Assembly (NCBI RefSeq): GCF_023055435.1
Contig: NW_025963779.1
Location: 43,462,001 to 43,526,000, forward strand
Length of the DNA stretch: 64,000 bases
DNA from: Haliotis rufescens
Taxonomy: Eukaryota
Direction of reading: 5' to 3'
Part shown: one piece after another, positions 11,917 to 25,454 of the stretch
Layout: every line of letters begins with the position of its first letter
Position numbering within the stretch: the first letter of the stretch is position 1
Program-made: the position numbers and the translations under genes
Notes under the pieces: model-generated
Told to the model about the DNA's origin: nothing
What the model saw: the letters and a program-made list of their open reading frames with translations, nothing else
The model's database searches: none

Positions 11917-14100
11917 ATACCTGTTGCACAGTATTGTGCATATAATAACGACTGAATGCATTTATAATGTGGAAAGGGTGAATTTGCCAGAATCATTTAA
12001 TCTTTGTTTAAATATTGCAATGAAATAAAAGAAATCACAAATATGCTTGGTTAAGGCATACAAGTCCAAATCAATAACTTCTTTGCTTAAGGTTATCCGA
12101 CATCCTTGACAATTTATACTAGTACGTAATACGTAATAATAGTCTATATGCAAACCATGTCTACCGCATCTGCTAAAATTACTGAGAATATTATGCGACA
12201 CTCAAAATATATTTACCAGAATTTGTGTGAAAGTTGTCTAAAACTGGTCTCGACAGCCTCAAATCTAATCATTTTTATGGTGTGTTCCCTATCGCCATTC
12301 CACCAACAGACATAAACAGCATGTCAGGGTCTAGTGGTTGTGTGTTCATGGCCCAGTAGCCACGTTCTAACCTCTTATCTATATTATCTTGACAAAGTAG
12401 TTGAAAAACAAACAAAAAGGGCTACATAAATGGGATTTTTAATCACTTATACAGATATAAATAATAACAACTGGTGTCTGAAACACATATTGATATATCG
12501 TTTTGGGATATAGTCTTTCTCTTTCTTGAGTTTAGCTTGTGTCCCTTGCGCACGCCAGAAATCTATCCCGGATCGCCCCGATTATGTTTCTAGGTCAGCA
12601 CTATACCCGTGCTCGTGTGTTTCACCAAAGAGGCCCAGTCGCCTAAGGAGCTACAATTCGATGTGCTGAGTTGCATCCCTTCGGTATGCAAGAAACCTAT
12701 GTTTGTGGGTTAGAATCCCGGTTCGGCCCTGTTACGACGTAAATTGTAATAAAAAGGTAAATTGTAATACTTGCAGCAAATTGTAATAATTTTGACGTAA
12801 ATTGTAATAACCTTATAAGTTTAGTGTCAAAGGGGTTAAATGACTAGAACCTATCCTTGTTAGGGTTGGTACAGGGTTTATCGTACAATTGTCATTAAAG
12901 TATGGGTGTGGGGGAGGATTGAGGTCGTAATCGTGCATTGTTGTATAATTATATGTATATATAAACGCATTGGAATTTCATTTCTATGGTTGTCCAGAAG
13001 AGGATTAATTACTAGAATGAACTTAGTTTTCTTATTTATTTGAGAAATACTCTGTGTGTTTTGTATTATATTTTGACGAAGAATTCAAATACATCAAATG
13101 AGTGACAAATCTCCTGTGCAATGTCAAATGAAAAAAAACAGACGTCAGCAAATGCAGCATAGATTTCCCATGCATGGGATAGGAGAATACTTAATACATA
13201 ACATTATATACAATGTTTTTATTAATATCAAAAGAGGGGCGTGGATATTTTTTACCTACATTGCATATACTATTAGATATTGTGTATTCTCGATCTCTGT
13301 GAACTTCTCAAAGATAAAGAAATAATAATAAATAAATGCAAACCATGTTAACTTATGCAATATTTGTAGCAATGTATGATTAACATATGGATAATTAATA
13401 TAACATAAAATATTTCCTTTCATAACAAGAAGTATATTTAATAAATGTAACTGTCTGGATTCCTTTCATATGTCATGAAGAACTAACAAAACTTACTGAC
13501 AACTTTTGCTGGGATAATAACTCCTTGTCCCAACAACAAAAACAGAATCCATCATGATAACGGCACGAAATCATAATTCCAAGCATACACAAATAATATC
13601 CGGTATCTTCGGGCATGTCTTGTTGAGTTTCAATGAGCATCAGAATGTATAATAAATTTGTTGCAATCAATTATTGCTGAAATATATCTGTTTTGATCAA
13701 AATTGAAAGGATGGAAAATCTATAATGAAAAGGGTTTTGTCACTAACGTAAATATTCTCTTTGACCTTATACGAAGATTATTCTAAGATCATTAAACTCG
13801 ACAATCGTTGATTGATTTGCGCCAAGCAACCTTGATACCAAATTTGGTACCTCACGTATAATGCGGTACATAATTTTCGAAACAGATAATTACGTTTTTC
13901 ATAAGTTATCACTAATTTGTGACATATATACGGACAAAAATTACCTCAGAGGATTATCTTCTCTGGGGGTTTAAGAGGATTAAAATAATTCCAGCTAACA
14001 TCAAGCACTGTAATAAAATATTGAAATTATAGCATACCATCTTAACATTCCAATGAAAAGAATAGTGACTAACTAAGAAACCAAATTATATTTATCTCCG

Positions 14101-14287
14101 NNNNNNNNNNNNNNNNNNNNNNNNNNNNNNNNNNNNNNNNNNNNNNNNNNNNNNNNNNNNNNNNNNNNNNNNNNNNNNNNNNNNNNNNNNNNNNNNNNNN
14201 NNNNNNNNNNNNNNNNNNNNNNNNNNNNNNNNNNNNNNNNNNNNNNNNNNNNNNNNNNNNNNNNNNNNNNNNNNNNNNNNNNNNNNN
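14101..14287. other. Assembly gap (N)
   Basis: N run. Confidence 1.
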
Positions 14288-14726
14288 TCTATATGTCATT
14301 GGTATCAGATCTATGACTGCACTTCTACATATAGTTCCAAGTGAAAGATGGGTGACACTACTTTGTGAGAGGTCCCACAAAAATGCTGATATGAGCAATT
14401 AAAGGTTATGCAAAATGTAACAAATGAACAAAGTAAGATATTTTAAAAGATAAAATAGAAACACAAACCTGTAGATAAACGTATCTTCTACGTAGATAAA
14501 AGTATGTCCAACGAAGACATAAGTATATTCTTCGTAGATAATACGTTTTCATTTTTTATCACTAATTTGAGACGGACAATAATCCCCTGAAAGCATAACC
14601 TTCTCTGGGGGTTTAAGAGGATTAAAGTAATTCAAACAACTAACAAGCACTGTAATGAAAATACAACATACTTTGTTAAAATTCGGATGAAAAGACTAGT
14701 AACTATCTAAGAAACCTCAGATTGGG

Positions 14727-14876
14727 NNNNNNNNNNNNNNNNNNNNNNNNNNNNNNNNNNNNNNNNNNNNNNNNNNNNNNNNNNNNNNNNNNNNNNNNNN
14801 NNNNNNNNNNNNNNNNNNNNNNNNNNNNNNNNNNNNNNNNNNNNNNNNNNNNNNNNNNNNNNNNNNNNNNNNNNNN
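14727..14876. other. Assembly gap (N)
   Basis: N run. Confidence 1.
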
Positions 14877-14924
14877 GTTGCACACACTACATACCCATAC
14901 AAAAACACCCCCCCACAAACACTT

Positions 14925-15010
14925 TATGTATGTATGTATGTATGTATGTATGTATGTATGTATGTATGTATGTATGTATGTATGTATGTGTGTATGTATG
15001 TGTGTGTGTG
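14925..15010. repeat. (TATG)n/(TG)n microsatellite
   Basis: Direct. Confidence 0.95.
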
Positions 15011-15094
15011 CGCGCATGTAGGTGTGTATGTAATGACAGTAAATGTGAGCTCTATGTCATTGGTATCACATATATGACTGCACTTCTACATACT

Positions 15095-15305
15095 CTAGAT
15101 GACAGTATCATGTACGTAGATGAAAGTATGTAAGTGGACGATAGTATCTAGATGGCATACTATCATCTACGTAGAAGATACTATCATATACGTAGATGAA
15201 AGTATCTTCTACGTAGATGAGAGTATCTTCTACTTAGATAATAGTATCTTCTACGTAGATGATAGTATTTTCTACGCAGATGGTAGTATCTTCTACGTAG
15301 ATTAT
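15095..15305. repeat. 21-bp minisatellite (tacgtagatgatagtatcttc)
   Basis: Direct periodicity; related units near 14470-14540. Confidence 0.85.
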
Positions 15306-16189
15306 AGCATGCCACAAACATCACATCACTTCCAATAAATGTCTTTCACTATGTTGATACCACCCTTTAATGACGATTGTACGATAAAGCCTATACCAAC
15401 CATCCCTAACTTAACAGTTTTGTACGTTTGTCATCATACACAGTATTTCTCGAATTGTACATGTGAAACACAAGCTCAACTGACAAAGATCCTTTCTAGT
15501 CAATTGGCGTCATGGACACTACGGTAGTAAGGTTTTTACAATTTACGTAAGAATTTATTACATTTTACCGCAAGTAGAGATTATTACAATTTACGTCAAT
15601 TTTTATTACAATTTGCGTATTACAAATTACGTCAAATATTATTACAATTAACGTTGTTATTACAATTTACGTCAAAATTATTACAATTTGCTGCAAGTAT
15701 TACAATTTACCTTTTTATTACAATTTACGTCGTAACAGGCCCGATTATGCCGGTTTCTAGGCCTGTCAGCACCATATCCGGTTTCACCAAAGTGGTAAAC
15801 CCCTGAGACCTGCATCACTTCGAGCTTTCCTCCCACATTAAGCTGACACGCCGTGATGAAGCTTTAATGCGGTTCAAATCAGCTTTAAACCTCACACACT
15901 CACTCACCTTTGGTATATTGTGCATGAGACGGCGCGAAAACTGTTCGTAAGTGATGATATAATTTTCCAAAACTGTTGACTGTTATTAACAATTCCAGTG
16001 ATTCCGTTTTACTGTATTTTCTCATTTTCTGACGTTTTCTTCCAGCATAATTCTCTGTAGCGATTAATAAGAGTGGAACAATATAACAGCAGACGTTTAT
16101 CACGTCTAAGTCTAATGCAATTTGAAATTCGAAATTTTTCGGTCTTCAGTTCTTTACATTATTTAGCGTACCATTTTTCTATATCTCTA

Positions 16190-16525
16190 CTAACTGGCAG
16201 ACGATTATGTATTTGCACAGGTCCTGGGTCGATCCCTGGACGCGTCATACCAAAAGACGTAAAAATATGGTACATGTTGTTACCCTGCCTGGCGCTCGGT
16301 GTTCAGGGACTAAAACAAAGACTGTCAGTATACTGTGACTGAGTGGGGTATTTATGTTAAACTGCGGTATGGTATCTCAGTGGGTTAGCATTATAAAATC
16401 GGCGTAAGTCGGGACTAGTACAAGCAGCCGCGCGCACGTACACACCCACACACGCACACACACGTGCAAGCACGTCTCTATATAAGTGCAATAATTTTGG
16501 ACACGACGTTAAAACCCTCCTCACT
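16190..16525 (+). mobile_element. tRNA-derived SINE, family D
   Basis: GGGTCGATCCC B box, GTCATACCAAAAGAC..AAAATATGGTAC body, GACGTTAAAACC tail. Confidence 0.65.
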
Positions 16526-19500
16526 TCACCTCAACGTATGTAGTGGCTAGCCACAAGATGCAGCACACCCTATGAAACAACAGAAAAATATATGTATAGA
16601 CAAGAAAAGTAATAAGATAGCAAAGGTGGAAACATTTCCAAAGGAAGCCAACGGTTAATCGGCGCCGATTGTTGCAATCTGGATAAAATGGCCTCGAAAC
16701 GGGCATCATGCGACAGATTGATTGTGGCACAGATTAATCCCAAGCACGAGGTAGTTCTTGAGGGTCACGATACTTGTAGACACACATTTATGCATGTTCC
16801 AAAACAAAAAAAACAGGAAGAGGAAGTTATTAACACATAGGGCCAAATGGTTTCGCCCATTCGCGAGATATTTTAATAACGCTGTAAAATAGATGAATTA
16901 AGTTAAAGTGAATTGAAATATATGTCATGATACCCTTAGACACACCTTTGCAAAAAATAAACATGAGTTTTGAGCAAAGGAAAATATTCTCTCCTATGGG
17001 CCTACCCTTGGGCCACTGTTTGCCCATGAGCGACATAGTTTAAATTTTGATTTTTTGAAATTTGTTTTTCATTTTTTGTTCCTTAGTACATACCCATGAA
17101 AATAGCATGTTGAATTCTGTAAATACCTTTGTTTGACACTGGCCACAGCGCCGTGAGTTTTTGGAAAAAAAGGTATCCAGAATTAAAATGGGACGTGTTT
17201 GTAAGACAATGGGTAACCAAGTGGCAGTAGCAATAAATAACAGCCCCAATTACATAAGACAGCGCACTCACGTATTTCACAGCTGAATATCTTGAATGGG
17301 GCACGTGTAGGAAGGCAGTTTTGGAAGCAGGCAGAACAGTCGGTGCTATCAGATAGGTATCATGTCCGCACAGGCAAGTGGATAAGTCGCAACTGAAGTC
17401 GTACAAGGCCCCGAATCGCCCCGTCTTTTCCTTATAAGGAAAGTGTTACCACGCGAAACTGCTTGATCAATGTAATCTATCCCAGTGTCGACACGCTCTT
17501 AAGTATTCATAACAGTATGTACATTCGCGTACAGTACTGTCTGAGGGAGAAGGGCTTGTACGGTCTCATAGGGCACTGAGGAGGGTATGAACACGCACAA
17601 ACAACAAAGACGTACTACACATATATACAATACAGACATGCAACACATACGCACATGTTCGAAGGTGTAGTCCGAGTTTTCAGGTCACATCCCCATAGAA
17701 CATCCCCATCAGAAAACATTGAACAAAGAGGAAAACCTTTCAAGTATGAAGTGACGGAACTGTGAAGTCTTAAAATATTTAATTATTGGAGATTTTAACT
17801 TCACAAATTCCATATGACATATTTCCATAAATTCAGTGAATATCCACACAATGATTGAATGATATATCACACACTCCCAGAATAGGTTGTAATATAATGA
17901 ACAGTTGAAGCACTGTTGAAGGATAAATGCAGGATAGATGCAGGATAGTAACTTCGTAACTTTGATAGAGGCTCGTACAGTAACTTGGACAGGTTAAAAA
18001 AACGTATGTCCTCTATTCCCTTAACACAATCTTTTTACACTCTCTTAGAAACATCTTAAAACTCTCTGCTCTCTTTCTGACACTCATTCGTCCAACTCTA
18101 TATCTGAAATTCTTGTGGGATGCTTATCGCGGTTGACCAGGTCACGACCATTAAGACTCCACACAAGACAATTAACTTTTTTAAGTCTTAGCTGCAACAT
18201 TATATTATTACTGTCACCAACCCCCGGGAAGATAGCCTAAAACGTCCGCTGGCAGCAAGGGCTGGCTGATTCTTATGTATTATCTTATAACTATACTAAA
18301 CAGATTCACACACGTACACATACAAACCCTAACATAGTTACAATTAAAAGTATTTTCAATGAACTACAAATACCTAAAATTCGTCTCTAACATTAACATA
18401 GTTATAATTAGAGTGACACCCGGGGCTTCATAACATGAAATACATGTTGGGAAAGCTGAATTATGAAAAGGCTGCAATTTGATGACAGACATTTTATGAT
18501 CAAATGATTCGTTACGCGTGGTTTTCATTTTCAACAGAGTATACACACATCGCCTAATTGTCCTGCCTAATTACAACCCACATCACCTAGTTCTCATAGA
18601 GCACAGAGGTGGAGTCCACTTATGCCTAGATAACACCAGTGAAAACGAAGTCCAAGACTTATTGAATTATCCTGTTTATAATGATTTACGTTTTAATCTT
18701 TTGCAAAATGCGTGTTATTTTAGTTGTTCATTTCAAAATAATCAAAGCTAGACCAGCTATGCTTTTTAAGGTCTAGTGAATATCAGCCATATTATCTAGC
18801 CACAACCTCTTTGTATATTCTGCAGCAACGGAGAAAAGTGTGTTCCAGTAATGTTATGACAGTATTTATATGTAGGATGCATAATATCTTTTACTACGGT
18901 CTCTCATAATTCCATAATGAATGGTCCGTGTATTTTAATCCAAAGGGATGATTTTAATGCAACATTGGTGTACATCTTGGAGACTATAATAAAGAATATG
19001 TCTGTCTGTCTGTCTGTCTCTCTAGCGCCTACCCCTAAAATAAGTCACTTACACAATAAAATAAACGAGAACGTCTAAATATTAAACTGGTATAATAGAC
19101 TTAAGATTCAGTCACTTTGACTGAGCAAGGAAATACTAAAATTCCCCAAAAGCTTGGCAATCATGGAAAAGTTTCTTATCAGCAGAATACTAGAAAAACT
19201 GTGTGAAAGTTACCCTAGTTAGTAGGTTTAGCTCAATACAAGTCAGTACTAGATCACCAGTGTCCTGTAATCAGTTACTAACGAAACCACCCAGTACCGA
19301 AGGGACCCGGAAAATGGCGAAATGAATTCTTTGGGTAAAGACACAAGATCTTGACAAACGTTAAGTATACTGCGCGCGGACCTCGGAGAGGGATCTCTCC
19401 TGGACAGCCGGGGATTACAATAGTGTATGGGAAAACATGGGAAAAACACGAACAACAAACTAACTACTATATCCATACGTAAGATGAAAATATAAGAATA

Positions 19501-19749
19501 AAGCACTGAACATAAGCTATCCAACGGTATCATTATATATTTTCAAAAGTTATGTACAATTATTAAGGGGGCAAAGATGATCATAAAAACATGAGAAATA
19601 TCTGAATTCCCCTAATGTTTGAAAGTCATCGTAACAAAAACATGTTCAACACTTGAATAAGGTAGCGGACATATAGGAGATACCATACATCAAGTCAATA
19701 CATGGTAAGAGTGAGCCATTAAATCACAAGAAAACAAAATATGTCACTG

Positions 19750-20165
19750 TTCACGTGTCATGTTTTGAGATGAGTCCCTATTCACTTTGCGCTTACTTGA
19801 TAGGCGTGGTTGTTTCTGGCGTCGTCGAAATGAACGCCAAGCCAATGTCAACCCGACACTTCATGACAGGTTTGGCGGTAGATCTATGGTGTTAGGTGGC
19901 ATCCCTATGACTGGGCGAACCCTACTCCGTATTGTGCTAGGAAGGGTCACTGGACAGTACTATCGGGGCAACATACAGACATCCGTTGTTGTCCCGTTTG
20001 AAAGGCGTGGGGGTCGACGTTTTGTCTTTCAGGACGACAACGCCCGTGCTCACCGTGTACGATTCGTCAATCCTCACCTTCACCAGTACAACATCCGTAG
20101 AATGCTGATGCCAGCAATGACCCCAGATCTTTCCCCATTATGTCCCACCGAGTCAATGGATGTTT
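19750..20165 (+). mobile_element. Tc1 transposase fragment
   Basis: FGGRSMVLGGI, FQDDNARAHR and PAMTPDLSP motifs. Confidence 0.85.
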
Positions 20166-21492
20166 GACAAAAAATGGCGATATAACGCACTACTGATGCC
20201 AAAGATTGATCAAGTGAAGTGAAGTGTTGGTCACTGTCAAAGTGCAAACAGATGAAAATAGTTTTTTATCAATAAATACGTCAAACATCAGTCTTCAAAA
20301 GAGTCGTTGAAAGTACTTGGTTGCTTACCTTCTCAACACACTGCACATAAACTCGATGCCGTGGTCGTTCAGAAAGCCTCTCCTTGAAAACGGAGTCTGG
20401 GCCGATTTGATATGGCACTTCGCTTGCTTGACACTCATTTCTGTACCGTCCAGCAGTACAGAATCATCAACATAATCAACACTGACATTGAGATTATGTC
20501 CCACATCCTTGGCTCGTTTTAGAAAACTGTGGAATGCCTTGTTTTCATCATGAGACTTGACATGCTTCACAAGGGGATCATCAGACCAATAAATGTGTGC
20601 AAAAGTGCACAAAACAATTCTATCATGAAGAGCCTCCACATGAATCAAACCACGCCCTTTCATCATAATTAGTAAATATAAGCGATTGAGGTGAGAGCGA
20701 GGGTGGTGGGGTCTATTGTCTGCCATAATTCTTCGTGTGAGGGTTTTCGTCGAATCAACAACACCAAAAGAATACGAAAGAATTGGCACAGCATAAGTAT
20801 TTGTGGCTTTGACTTTTTTTCGAGCGTTCACCTCTGAACTCCAGATTTTCTTAAGTCTACATTTTTACTCTGCCGGAAGTTTTTCCTTGATATGGGCATT
20901 CTATGGTGGCCGAGAGGGGACATCGCTTTCTCGCTCTATCGCTTTCTCGCTTTATCCCTCTATCGCTTTCTCGCTCTATCGCTTTCTCGCGGTTAAGCAA
21001 TATCCGCTCTTGACCTCTATAGGGGCCGCATGTGGTATCTGCTCCAATTGGGAGGGAATGTTGAACGTTTCTCACTATTTACTTAAAACATAATTTAACT
21101 GTACATACGTAGTTAATTTTAAAACAATCCACAGATTTTTGCTAAAATGTAATTGATTGATTTATGGCCCTATTCAGTTGTATGAATGTGGCAGATCATG
21201 GCAATACGCTCTAAATAAATCAGGTTAAAATCTAAATATATACTTTTCAAAAGAAGTTAAGAAGACTATGGTCCATTAGTCATGGCTGATTGTTTTGCAA
21301 AAATACAATCTTATAATTTTGGGTGTTCTATAACTTGTTCTCGGTAGTTTATGATGTTACAGTGTGTCATACTGTTGTCCGTATATATTCTTTTTGACAT
21401 TTGATGTATGTTTAACTTGAATTGTGTTTCTTGTCTTGTGCAAATCTACAATTATATGAACTTGCATATAGTAATTTGATAAACACCGCTGT

Positions 21493-21657
21493 GAGTGAGT
21501 GAGTGAGAATGGTTTCACGTCCCTTTTAACAATAATCCAGTAATATCACGGGCAACACCAGAAATGGGCTTCACACATTGTACCCGTGTGGGGAATCGAA
21601 ATGGGTCTTCGGCTTGACGAGCGAACGCTTTAACCACAAGGCTACCCCACTGCCCCC
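21493..21657 (-). mobile_element. SINE family A, full length
   Basis: GGGGCAGTGGGGTAGCCTTGTGG head, (ACTC)n tail, ~10-bp TSD ca(c/t)cgctgtg. Confidence 0.85.
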
Positions 21658-23738
21658 ATCGCTGTGGCGTTACCACAGTTGATATGTGTACTTTTGTAAG
21701 CTACACATATGGAGAGACATAATAATTAGTTTGGCCACATAGCTAAAGGGGATAACAATATGAAATGCATTACTATGATTATCTATAACATATATTAAAT
21801 CAGCTATCATTGTAATATTTAATGTATATCTTAAGTATAATTTTGTCAAAATTAGGTATGTATGTGTGTGTGTTTGTGTGTGTGTGTCCGACTCATTGTC
21901 TGTGTAAAAATGTAGTAGATAACTAAATAACTCACATCAGAACGCACAGTTGTTAACCATACTGTTTAAATGGACAGAAAATTGTTACATAAATATATAT
22001 ATTCCTGCCTGAGCCTATTCTATAATCGGATATCTAGTCTCTCCTGGCGGGAAAGTTAAACTTTATTTTACAAGCACTTTAGGATTAAATTTAATTCCCG
22101 AAGACAGTTTGATCGAAAGTAATTATAAGAAACGAGTTGTTCTTAAAAAATATTTACAACGCATTTCATTTCTATTGTCCAAGGAATGGGACGTTCGAAA
22201 GTCGTACATGTGACTTAAGGTAGAGACATATATCTAATCCATCTGTATTTTGTGAGGGAAACATAACTGTGTACATGTATAACTTTTGTTTGCATAATGT
22301 ATTTGCAACTTAATAAACATAATTGTGATCCCGAAATCGGACGAGCACATATTCGGCTTCAATTCCAAATCTAATGACCGAACAATTCCAAATCTAATGA
22401 CCGAAAAAAATAATTCTTTGGACGTTGCAAACAGTACAAACAGTAGCTGATAAAACTGACAATTATTTGTCAATATATGATCTCTTTTTTTTATCAGTTT
22501 AAGATTGATGGAGGAATATGGGGGGTTACTATGTACAAAATTAAAATATGAACATTGACTATCTGTATTCTGTGAATCTTGCGTATTTACTACACTACAA
22601 GAAAATATACAAGCTAAACGAGAAAAAATTATGTGTGCATTTGTATCATATTTATCTACTACAAGATGTTTAAAAAATCTAATCATAAGAGGCAAAATAG
22701 TGGTGAGAATTACAGGAATGGATCACTAAATATCAGCAAAAACCGTTTTAATGTACGGCATTATGGGAATTATCGCTTTCTCGCTCTATCGCTTTCTCGC
22801 TTTCTCGCTCTATCGCTTTCTCGCTCTATCGCTTTCTCGCTCTATCGCATTTCTCTAATGATTAACAATAGTCATATGAAAGAATCGGGTGTTCTTTAAC
22901 TTCTTTTGAATAGTATGTACTGTAAATCTTGAATATTAACATTAGAGTTAATTATAACTGCAAAAAATGAGAGTAGACTAAATAAATTATACTTTGCATT
23001 TATGTCTCAGAAATGACTGTTGATAAGACGGCCTCACTGCACATTTTGAATAGCGGAAATCCCAACTTGAATATAAAACCAATTAACTATCTGTTTCTAC
23101 ATTACGGTTACTGAGAACAATATGTCATCCCAAAACTAGAAATTACATTTGGACATCCGGTAGTATTACCATTGCTTGGGTGAGGTCTTCCACTATGATG
23201 ACATCTACTCCGCAAACAGAATAAACATTGATATAAACGTGGTTTTTAGGAGGAAAATATTGTTTTTTAGGAAGTACGTACTACTCAGCGCTAATGAGCG
23301 GGGTTTTTTGCTATTTGTTTTGATAACTTGGCCTTGGGGCGGGGGATCCAATAAAACTCCTAAATAGGGCCATAAACCAATCAAATTCTTTTTCACGCAG
23401 AAATACGTGGATTGTTATATACGCACCCATATCTGTACTGTTAAATTATGTCTAAGCAGATAGTGAGAAAATTTCAACATTCTGTCCATATGTATAATTT
23501 GTAATGTGACTGGAAAAATCTCAGCTCTCTTTTATGATTAAAACCCCTCCCCCCACTGAGGTCAGGTTTAACAATTCATTAATGTTGTTTTACGTATATA
23601 CTTTCTATCGTAAAGAAACCCATATAGTGGCCAAGAGGAAATATTGCTATACCGCGAGAAAGCGATAGAGCGAGAAAGCGATAAAGCGAGAAAGCGATAA
23701 AGCGAGAAAGCTATAAAGCGATAGAGCGAGAAAGCGAT

Positions 23739-24153
23739 TTATCATCCAAAACTGGCTCCCACCGGAGATATCGCTTTGATGAGATCAAGCGATATCTACA
23801 CTGTAGATATCGCTGCAATGAAATTACATCACAATGCTTTGCAGACCATTGTGACGTCACTGGTTACCATGGCGTCACAATCAAATGACATCGCTAATGG
23901 CTCTGCTACTGAAGCTGTTTGCAGTACTTTTTACACTGAAGACACTGCTAATTACTGTCTACAAATTGAAAAAGTTGAAAGAATGATGTTGGATGATAAA
24001 TAAAATCTCACCCTCGTGTCCTTTGATATCAAATATATCAACACTCGTTGATAAAAGTGGCAAAAATCCTCGGCAAGCCTCGGAATTTTTCCACTTTTAT
24101 CAACTCGTGTTGATATATTTGATATCAAAAGACACTCGGGTGAGATTCTCTAT
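23739..24153. mobile_element. Palindromic non-autonomous element inserted in the right TIR of the IS3EU-like element
   Basis: Interrupts gcgAT|gtcccc; ~150-bp hairpin centred on ctcggcaagcctcg; atttatcatcc/ggatgataaat inverted repeat. Confidence 0.8.
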
Positions 24154-24609
24154 GTCCCCTCTCGGCCACCATAGCATTCTGGAGTTTGTCCCTAATCTGC
24201 ATCCCTAAGTACGTATAGGCCTGACATTATTATTATGATGATGATGATGATGATTGTTGTTGTTGTTCCGTTATATACTAACGGGAAAAGATAACTGTGC
24301 TTCAGATAAAGTTCTATACAAATAGTGGCTAACTTCCTGTTATTCATGTCATTGGTCATTCAAAGTTCGCGAAAGGTCGTCGTGACCTGTAATAAGATGT
24401 TCTCAGCAGTAGCGAGTACTTACAACTTTGTTACCAAAAGGTGTGTCGGAGTCGGAGTGCGAGACTGTCAAATTAGGGGGTCTAAATAGCATCATAAGTG
24501 TCGGGTATAGTCGATTTTCGCATTTACAACTTGACTGAGCATTTATTCTGAAATTAAATAATGCATCTTTCAAGACATCTCCTCGACCTCCCAATTGATT
24601 CACAATTTA

Positions 24610-25020
24610 CATGTGCATGAACAGCTCTGATAGCCGTGCAATGGTCTACATGCGTTCAGGAGAACGTTTTAGTGACGCTTGCGTTAACTCAATTTCGTCA
24701 GTCTTGGGTGTAATACAGTGTAATTGTATGGAGTGGCATCACAACTCATCATTGTTAACAGCAATTTGAATGGCTTACGCTGCCGGGACAACACCCTTCG
24801 AGATCATGTTCTAGTGTTTGTGTAAATGCAGGGAGGTAACGTCGCGTTGCAGCAGGATAATGCCTGTGTTGTAACAGACCGTTTGAGGTAGCATACAATT
24901 GCTGTACCCCCATGTCCGGTTGTTTCTCCACATCACTCCGCTATAGAACATGTCTGCGATGAGATGAAACGACGCCTACGACAGGACCATCACCAGCCGG
25001 TAACGCTAGCTCAGTTGGTC
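24610..25020 (+). mobile_element. Tc1 fragment, same family as 5636-6900
   Basis: Clear nucleotide similarity (caggagaacgttttag..., gatgagatgaaacgacgcctacgacagg). Confidence 0.85.
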
Positions 25021-25454
25021 CTGCTGATAATTTGTTTTTGAAAAACACCCACTGACAACACGCAGACAGTTACAGAATTATGAACATTTGTGTTATAGTG
25101 TGGTAGACACATGGCAAATTACTCTTGTCATGAGTGCTGCTCATATTAGGTTTCTAACCGTCAACAGTCTTTTATTTTATTACTGTATATCATGTTTGTC
25201 AAGATCAGTCCTCCCGGAAAATGAAACCTACTGAAAATCGCTACTGTCTGAATCGCTGTCAGATGGAGTTATATCCCTTGAACTGTGTTAGGTGTGGATG
25301 GAAATATGTAAGAGGATATTCAAGCAAAAGGAATGCCATGGCTATTGTGACCTTTTTAAAAAAATGCTTTACTCATTTACAAGATATAGTAAGTAGTCAG
25401 CTATAGGTCCATAATATGTACATGGGTACTGACTGAACAGTATCTGTATTAAGT

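Larger units (their letters stand above)
12730..15737. mobile_element. Non-autonomous TIR DNA transposon, TGTTACG..CGTAACA, 5-bp TSD GGCCC, inserted in a family B SINE
   Basis: ~80-bp TIRs built of AAATTGTAAT subrepeats; TSD at 12725-12729 and 15738-15742; the SINE resumes exactly. Confidence 0.9.
20902..24173. mobile_element. IS3EU-like non-autonomous DNA transposon (TATGG..CCATA, 6-bp TSD GCATTC)
   Basis: TSD at 20896-20901 and 24174-24179; TIRs over 100 bp with tcgctttctcgctctat subrepeats, which also occur internally at 22770-22850. Confidence 0.85.
20325..24225 (-). mobile_element. R4/Dong-clade LINE fragment (20325-20901 plus ~24174-24225), split by the IS3EU-like element
   Basis: NARKKVKATNTYAVPILSYSFGVV and HHPRSHLNRLYL..GRGL motifs; YLG..IKEKL continues across the insertion. 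Confidence 0.8.

Noticed and set aside
14703-15338. ORFs with HTYI, MYVC or IFYVDES repeats
   Set aside because: Artefacts of microsatellite, minisatellite and N gaps.
16800-19560. Possible further DNA transposon or LTR remnants (also 2900-5200 and 26000-28450)
   Set aside because: Repeat-like character, but no paired termini, TSD or protein motif could be established.
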